NCBI GenBank assembly: GCA_963796455.1 | Contig: CAWCLO010000010.1 | Span: 192,001-256,000 of the forward strand | Reading direction: 5' to 3' | DNA length: 64,000 bases | Source of the DNA: Candidatus Sulfomarinibacteraceae bacterium | GTDB lineage: Bacteria; Acidobacteriota; Thermoanaerobaculia; Thermoanaerobaculales; Sulfomarinibacteraceae | In this document: positions 59,406 through 64,000 of the stretch, in pieces | Position numbering within the stretch: position 1 is the stretch's first letter | Layout: every line of letters begins with the position of its first letter | Translations under genes and position numbers: made by a program | The notes under the pieces: model-generated | What the model saw: only the letters and a program-made list of their open reading frames with translations | What the model was told of the DNA's origin: nothing | Databases searched by the model: none

Positions 59406-59894
59406 TCAGTCACGAGGCCGTGTTGCGTAGCCGACGACAAAACCGACCGCCAACGCGATCAGAACAGCCTTGCCGGGGTTCTCGCGCACATATTCGACAA
59501 CCTCGTCACCCTTTTGTTTGAAATCGACCTCAGCCACCCGGGTCCGCGCCTTGGCGTAGAAGTCTTTCGTTTTTTCCGAAAGCCCTTCGTACTGTTCCTT
59601 AGCGTTGGCGTAGAGGACCTCAGCCTGATCACGACTCTTGGTCGCCAGTGAACCCATCTTTTCGCGCGCTTCGGCGAGGTATTTCTTGGCGTCGTCGAGA
59701 TAGACCTTTGCATGATCCGCACCGACGGAGGCCTTGTCCCTGGCCTTGCCGTAGGCATCCTGCATCGCGCTCTTTGCGCTTTCCATCGACTGCTGGGCTT
59801 TGGCCAGCGAGTCTTTGACGCCGCTCAATCCACCCGATGCGTCGGCCGCCACTTCTTCAATGGCTTCGTCGACACTTTTCTTCTTTTCTGCCAT
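59406..59894 (-). CDS. DUF883/ElaB/YqjD-like protein with amphipathic repeats
   Basis: C-terminal YVRENPGKAVLIALAVGFVVG; AGGAGG RBS. Confidence 0.8.
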   Translation of the reverse strand: MAEKKKSVDEAIEEVAADASGGLSGVKDSLAKAQQSMESAKSAMQDAYGKARDKASVGADHAKVYLDDAKKYLAEAREKMGSLATKSRDQAEVLYANAKEQYEGLSEKTKDFYAKARTRVAEVDFKQKGDEVVEYVRENPGKAVLIALAVGFVVGYATRPRD

Positions 59895-59993
59895 CTTCGA
59901 CCTCCTGTAAAGAACGCGACCATTCTACGGGGAAGCTCTGCAGACGTCTACCCATTATTGTTAGGTGTGTGTTTTCAGTGAAAAGGCGCCCGC

Positions 59994-60043
59994 CAGCTCG
60001 ATACTCGATGCACGATGCACGATGCACGATGCTGGATGCCGGA
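59994..60043 (+). repeat. CGATGCA-type heptamer tandem repeat
   Basis: CTCGATA CTCGATG CACGATG CACGATG CACGATG CTGGATG; related copy at about 10789..10815. Confidence 0.75.
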
Positions 60044-60051
60044 TCACTCTT

Positions 60052-60405
60052 GTCCAAGACAGAGTCTCAGACAGCGACCGAGGACAGCCTCAGTGACCAG
60101 GAGTCGGCGGCAGCGACAGCGGACAGGGTCAGCTAACAGTCGACAGCGAACAGCGGCCGGGACAGCGAACAGCACTCACTTCTTCGGGGCTCCGGCCTTT
60201 GTGGTGCGGCCGTCTCGGCCGCACGGTGTGCAGGCGAGACGCCAACACCACCACTGCTGTTCCTTCTGTTGAACGACCTGGAGGTGGCCACTTCGTCGCC
60301 TGTACTCCTGACCGCTGCTGCCGAACACTGATCGCTGTTCACTGTCGCTGCTCCCTGTTCGCTGTTGGCTGACGCTGGACACTGTCGCTGCCGCTGCAAT
60401 TCGGG
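60052..60405 (-). mobile_element. Copy 4 of the repeat element, gene replaced by a REP doublet (60201..60250)
   Basis: GTCCAAGACAGAGTCTC left end as in copy 2; same PKK*/REP junction as copy 3; GCTGCAATTCGGG right end. Confidence 0.7.
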
Positions 60406-60458
60406 ATCGGGATCGGGATCGAAAAAACGGATGCGCTACGATCGCCCGCGGAGGTTCA

Positions 60459-61847
60459 ATGAAGATCACAGTGCTCGGCGCGGGTCGTTGCGTCACCGGC
60501 TCGAAGTACCTGATGTCGTGGAAAAACTTCAATGCGCTGCTCGATTGTGGACTTTTCCAGGGGCCCGCGGAGAAACGCCGCCTCAACTGGGAGCCTCTCC
60601 CGCACCCGGCACACGACATCGGCGCCGTGGTTCTGACCCACGCTCACATCGATCACTCGGGGTTCCTGCCGCGCCTCAGTCGTCAGGGCTTCACCGGCAA
60701 GATCTACTGCACCCCTCCCACCAAGGCGCTGCTCGGCGTCTTGCTCCCCGACGCCGCCCACATCAACGAGGAGGAGGCACGCTACGCCAACAAACAGGGC
60801 TATTCAAAACACGAACCCGCGTTGCCCCTGTTCCGTCAAGCGGATGCCCGTGCGGCCCTCAAACTGATTGAAAAGGTACCCTTCGATCACTGGCAGGAGC
60901 TGCACCCGGGGGTGCGTTTTCGTTATCACCGCCAGGGCCACATCCTCGGCGCCGCTGCCGTCGAACTCGAGACAAAGGTGGCGGGCGGAAAACGCAAGAC
61001 GGTCTATTTCTCGGGCGACGTGGGGCGTTATGGAGTGCCCATCCTCCGTGAGCCGGTTTCTTATCCGGGTTCTGACGTGCTGTTTGTCGAGTCGACTTAC
61101 GGAGACCGGCTTCACCAAAATCTGAATCCTCGGGTTGCACTCGCTGACGAAGTTCGAGCCGGGATCGATCGCGGCGGCGTCATCATCATTCCGGCCTTCG
61201 CCATCGATCGCACGCAGGAACTGCTCTATATGTTGCACGAGTTGATGGTCGACGGCGATCTGCCGCCCATTCCGATTTATCTCGACTCGCCGATGGGCAT
61301 CGAGGCCACCGCCCTCTACACCCGCTTCATCAACGAGCACGACACGGAGATGCAACATTTCTTCGCCGATCAGGAAAACCCGATCTTTCCTCCCAACCTG
61401 CAGGTGACGAAGACTTCAAGGGAGTCTCGCAAAATCAACTCGATGGGCGGACCGATCATCATCATTTCGGCCTCCGGAATGGCCACCGGAGGACGAATCC
61501 TCCACCACCTCAAGCTCCGCCTGCCCGATGCAAAGAACAGCGTGATCTTTGTCGGATACCAGGCCCAGGGGACCAAGGGACGACGGCTGGTGGAGGGTGA
61601 AGAACAGATCAAGATCCACGGCGAGTGGATTCCCGTCAGAGCCCACATAGCATCGGTTTCGGGGCTCTCGGCCCACGCCGATGCCAGCGAGCTCATGGTC
61701 TGGCTCAGCCGCCGGGAGCGCGAACCCGAACAGGTCGTTCTGATTCACGGCGAGTACCCAGCTCAAGAGGCCCTCGCCGAGCGCTTGCGCGATGAGTTCG
61801 GATGGAAGAGTTCAATTCCTGAACTCGGAGAGGTCTTCACTGTCTGA
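60459..61847 (+). CDS. Beta-CASP metallo-beta-lactamase RNA-processing nuclease
   Basis: VTGS, DCGLFQG, LTHAHIDHSG, GHILG, ESTYGDR, SASGMATGGR, SAHAD, HGE. Confidence 0.92.
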   Translation: MKITVLGAGRCVTGSKYLMSWKNFNALLDCGLFQGPAEKRRLNWEPLPHPAHDIGAVVLTHAHIDHSGFLPRLSRQGFTGKIYCTPPTKALLGVLLPDAAHINEEEARYANKQGYSKHEPALPLFRQADARAALKLIEKVPFDHWQELHPGVRFRYHRQGHILGAAAVELETKVAGGKRKTVYFSGDVGRYGVPILREPVSYPGSDVLFVESTYGDRLHQNLNPRVALADEVRAGIDRGGVIIIPAFAIDRTQELLYMLHELMVDGDLPPIPIYLDSPMGIEATALYTRFINEHDTEMQHFFADQENPIFPPNLQVTKTSRESRKINSMGGPIIIISASGMATGGRILHHLKLRLPDAKNSVIFVGYQAQGTKGRRLVEGEEQIKIHGEWIPVRAHIASVSGLSAHADASELMVWLSRREREPEQVVLIHGEYPAQEALAERLRDEFGWKSSIPELGEVFTV

Positions 61848-61917
61848 TGCCATTGGGCCGATGCTTGAGCTCTTTCGCATACAATTGAGAGGTCCGTCCA
61901 CGATTGAGGAGGGTCCG

Positions 61918-62508
61918 GTGCAGAAGAAGAAACAAACTATTCTCCGTCTGATAATCGCTAGCTTTCTGTTCGTCGGGATCGGTTGTGGAAATCCGCCAAC
62001 GACGACTTCGGACGGGCAACGTGTCCCGCCACGTGATTCGCCGGTTCCAACGCCCACCCGAAGTATCGTGTCCGGTTCTTTGAGCGATGATGAGATGGCT
62101 GAAATGCTGCCCGACTACTCCTTGACCCGCGCCGGTGGGAACTGGATCCAGCTGCAACATCGCGTCAACCAAGAAATCACCATCGTGGTCGGGGTCGAAA
62201 TGGGTCTATCCGGAGCAGACCTCGATTCACAAATCGAAGACCACAGAGAATCGATTCACTACCCACCGCGAAATCAGCACCGCGGTTCCGGGCACACCGA
62301 ACTGCCATTTCTCGGCAACGCCACCTGGTCGTGGGGGAGCCTCGATATCGGCGAAGACCCGATCGACGAAATCGCCCTTTTCGCCTTTCATCCGGTTTTC
62401 GAAGCGCTGTTGATCGCACGCTACGAGGGCCCTTCAGAAAACGACGAAGTGCAACCAGAGCTCGACGAACTCCTGAGAGTCGCTGATATCGTCGCACAGG
62501 GTCTCTAG
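61918..62508 (+). CDS. Hypothetical lipoprotein, paralog of the next gene
   Basis: GGAGG + GTG; GIGC lipobox; SG...LG.A.WS...DE...HP...RY..PS pattern. Confidence 0.7.
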   Translation: MQKKKQTILRLIIASFLFVGIGCGNPPTTTSDGQRVPPRDSPVPTPTRSIVSGSLSDDEMAEMLPDYSLTRAGGNWIQLQHRVNQEITIVVGVEMGLSGADLDSQIEDHRESIHYPPRNQHRGSGHTELPFLGNATWSWGSLDIGEDPIDEIALFAFHPVFEALLIARYEGPSENDEVQPELDELLRVADIVAQGL

Positions 62509-62537
62509 AAATCGGCTCGTCGGTATTGGAGGAGAAC

Positions 62538-63116
62538 GTGAACGATCGTTTGAACTTTGTCGCCATCGTGTTCATCTTTGCTGCCCTGACCGGCTGCGGA
62601 AGCAACGAGGAACCACCGGTTCAGGTCCAGGCGCCAGCCCCCGCGGCGGAAAGCACGGAACAACAATATCGTCACCAACCGGCAGGCCCGATGGGATATC
62701 ACTTCGAGGGACTTCCCGACGGATGGTCCGTGCAATCACAAGAGGGTGATCGGACGATGCTGGTCAGCAATCGCCCGGTGGACACTTGGATCGTGGCTTT
62801 TGTCGAACCCACGATCCTCGGCGACGAGCTTCAGAAAGGGGTCGAGATGCACCGCCGTGATACCGAGAGATCGGAAGGTGGGCGGCACCTGGACAGCGGA
62901 GCGATCGACACGACCCTCGGTCCCGCAATGTGGTCCCTGGCCAGGTTTGACGAGGACGAAGAAATACACGATGAGCTCATCGTTTATGCAGGCCACCCCA
63001 GCGAGTACGCTGCCGTCTCTTTGAGATATGTCTACCCAAGTTCCGAGAGCATCGATCCATCGGCCCGTCTTGTCGAATTGGTCGAGATCCTACAGACGAT
63101 GAAGCCCGGAATCTGA
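62538..63116 (+). CDS. Hypothetical lipoprotein
   Basis: GGAGGAG + GTG; LTGC lipobox; C-terminal pattern shared with the previous gene. Confidence 0.75.
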   Translation: MNDRLNFVAIVFIFAALTGCGSNEEPPVQVQAPAPAAESTEQQYRHQPAGPMGYHFEGLPDGWSVQSQEGDRTMLVSNRPVDTWIVAFVEPTILGDELQKGVEMHRRDTERSEGGRHLDSGAIDTTLGPAMWSLARFDEDEEIHDELIVYAGHPSEYAAVSLRYVYPSSESIDPSARLVELVEILQTMKPGI

Positions 63117-63118
63117 CC

Positions 63119-63150
63119 AAAAAAAAGACGCCGCAGAAACCTGCGGCGTC
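63119..63150 (-). terminator. Intrinsic terminator after rplQ
   Basis: GACGCCGCAG/CTGCGGCGTC stem followed by T8 on the minus strand. Confidence 0.85.
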
Positions 63151-63174
63151 GGTGATCATATTTCAGGAAGGAAA

Positions 63175-63831
63175 TCAGTCCTTCTTTTCTTCAGTCTCTT
63201 CAGCCGCCTCAGCATCCCCGGCAGGCTCGTCATCAACCGCATCCGCGCTCGATGAGTCCTCGGGCTCCTCAGCCTCCGCAGCAGGCTCAGCCTCGACATT
63301 CTCTGGAGAGGCATCTTCGGCCGGTTCCGCTTCCGCAGCTTTCTCCGCGACGGTTTCTTCAGCTTCCTGAGAGTCTGACTCCGCCTTGGCGCCGCCTCCG
63401 AACATTCCCTTGGCGCGATCCATCAACGACGATTTGCTCGCCGACGAAGAGCCGTCGTCCTCATGATCGGCGAGATCGTAATCGACAAACTCGATGATCG
63501 CCAATTCGGCACCATCGCCGCGCCGGCGACCGAGCCGCATGATGCGGGTGTAACCGCCAGGCCGGTCGGTGAATCTCGGCGCGATCTCATTAAAGAGACG
63601 TCTCACGATGTCCTTGTCAGAAACCATCGTCAGAACCTTACGCCGGGCCGGCAGGGTGCCGGTGCCCGCGAGGGTCACCATTCTCTCTGCCAACGGACGA
63701 AGCTCTTTTGCCTTGGCGAGCGTCGTCACGATCCGTTCGTGGGTGAACAGAGCGGTCAACTGATTGCGAAACATCGCTTTTCGGTGGGCTGTGGTACGGC
63801 CCAGCTTGCGGCCTTGAACTCGGTGTCGCAT
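63175..63831 (-). CDS. rplQ: 50S ribosomal protein L17 with acidic C-terminal extension
   Basis: MRHRVQGRKLGRTTAHRKAM, TTLAKAKELR, RPGGYTRI, RRGDGA. Confidence 0.97.
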   Translation of the reverse strand: MRHRVQGRKLGRTTAHRKAMFRNQLTALFTHERIVTTLAKAKELRPLAERMVTLAGTGTLPARRKVLTMVSDKDIVRRLFNEIAPRFTDRPGGYTRIMRLGRRRGDGAELAIIEFVDYDLADHEDDGSSSASKSSLMDRAKGMFGGGAKAESDSQEAEETVAEKAAEAEPAEDASPENVEAEPAAEAEEPEDSSSADAVDDEPAGDAEAAEETEEKKD

Positions 63832-63847
63832 CGCGGTCTCCCGGTCC

Positions 63848-64000
63848 CTAAAGGTCGAGGTTCATACCGAAACCGAGGCCCATGACCTCGAGCTTCGAGC
63901 GGACCTCTTTGAGGGATTTTTCACCGAAATTGCGGATCTCCACCATCTCCTTCTCGGAGCGGCTGACGAGATCGCGCAGGGTTCGGATATTTGCGTTTTT
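63848..64000 (-). CDS. rpoA: RNA polymerase alpha subunit, C-terminal part (partial)
   Basis: KNANIRTLRDLVSRSEKEMVEIRNFGEKSLKEV...GLGFGMNLDL*; directly upstream of rplQ. Confidence 0.95.
   Translation of the reverse strand, partial: KNANIRTLRDLVSRSEKEMVEIRNFGEKSLKEVRSKLEVMGLGFGMNLDL

Noticed and set aside
60133..60399. Similar short ORFs ending ...PKK or ...HRAAETAAPQ at 56371 and 60133-60619
   Set aside because: Translations of the non-coding repeat element and REP doublet.

Overview
GC-rich bacterial chromosome segment; gene content and order suggest Acidobacteriota, probably Thermoanaerobaculia-like (inference). Housekeeping genes: rpmB, relA/spoT, tgt-yajC-secD-secF, lolA, degP, MoxR/DUF58/Bat operon, Ser/Thr kinase, RNase Z-like and beta-CASP nucleases, M16 peptidase pair, hybrid histidine kinase, rplQ and the 3' end of rpoA. 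Type IV pilus genes: a pilMNOPQ operon and a duplicated minor-pilin/PilY1 locus at 33.9-53.6 kb. Two things stand out. (1) In both pilus-tip modules PilY1 is split inside its vWA domain into two genes with separate signal peptides: chain A carries the DxSxS MIDAS motif and a Thr/Pro stalk; chain B carries a lectin-like domain, the remaining MIDAS Thr and Asp, and the beta-propeller. (2) A dispersed intergenic element occurs four times. It has CAGCGA/TCGCTG-rich inverted arms and, in its fullest copy, a four-helix-bundle (IVP/Avd-like) gene whose SD and AUG lie in a long leader hairpin; one copy is internally deleted and two carry a REP doublet in place of the gene. Clustered 1-nt indels (1-1.2 kb, about 18.96 kb, 49.6-50.4 kb) may be assembly errors.
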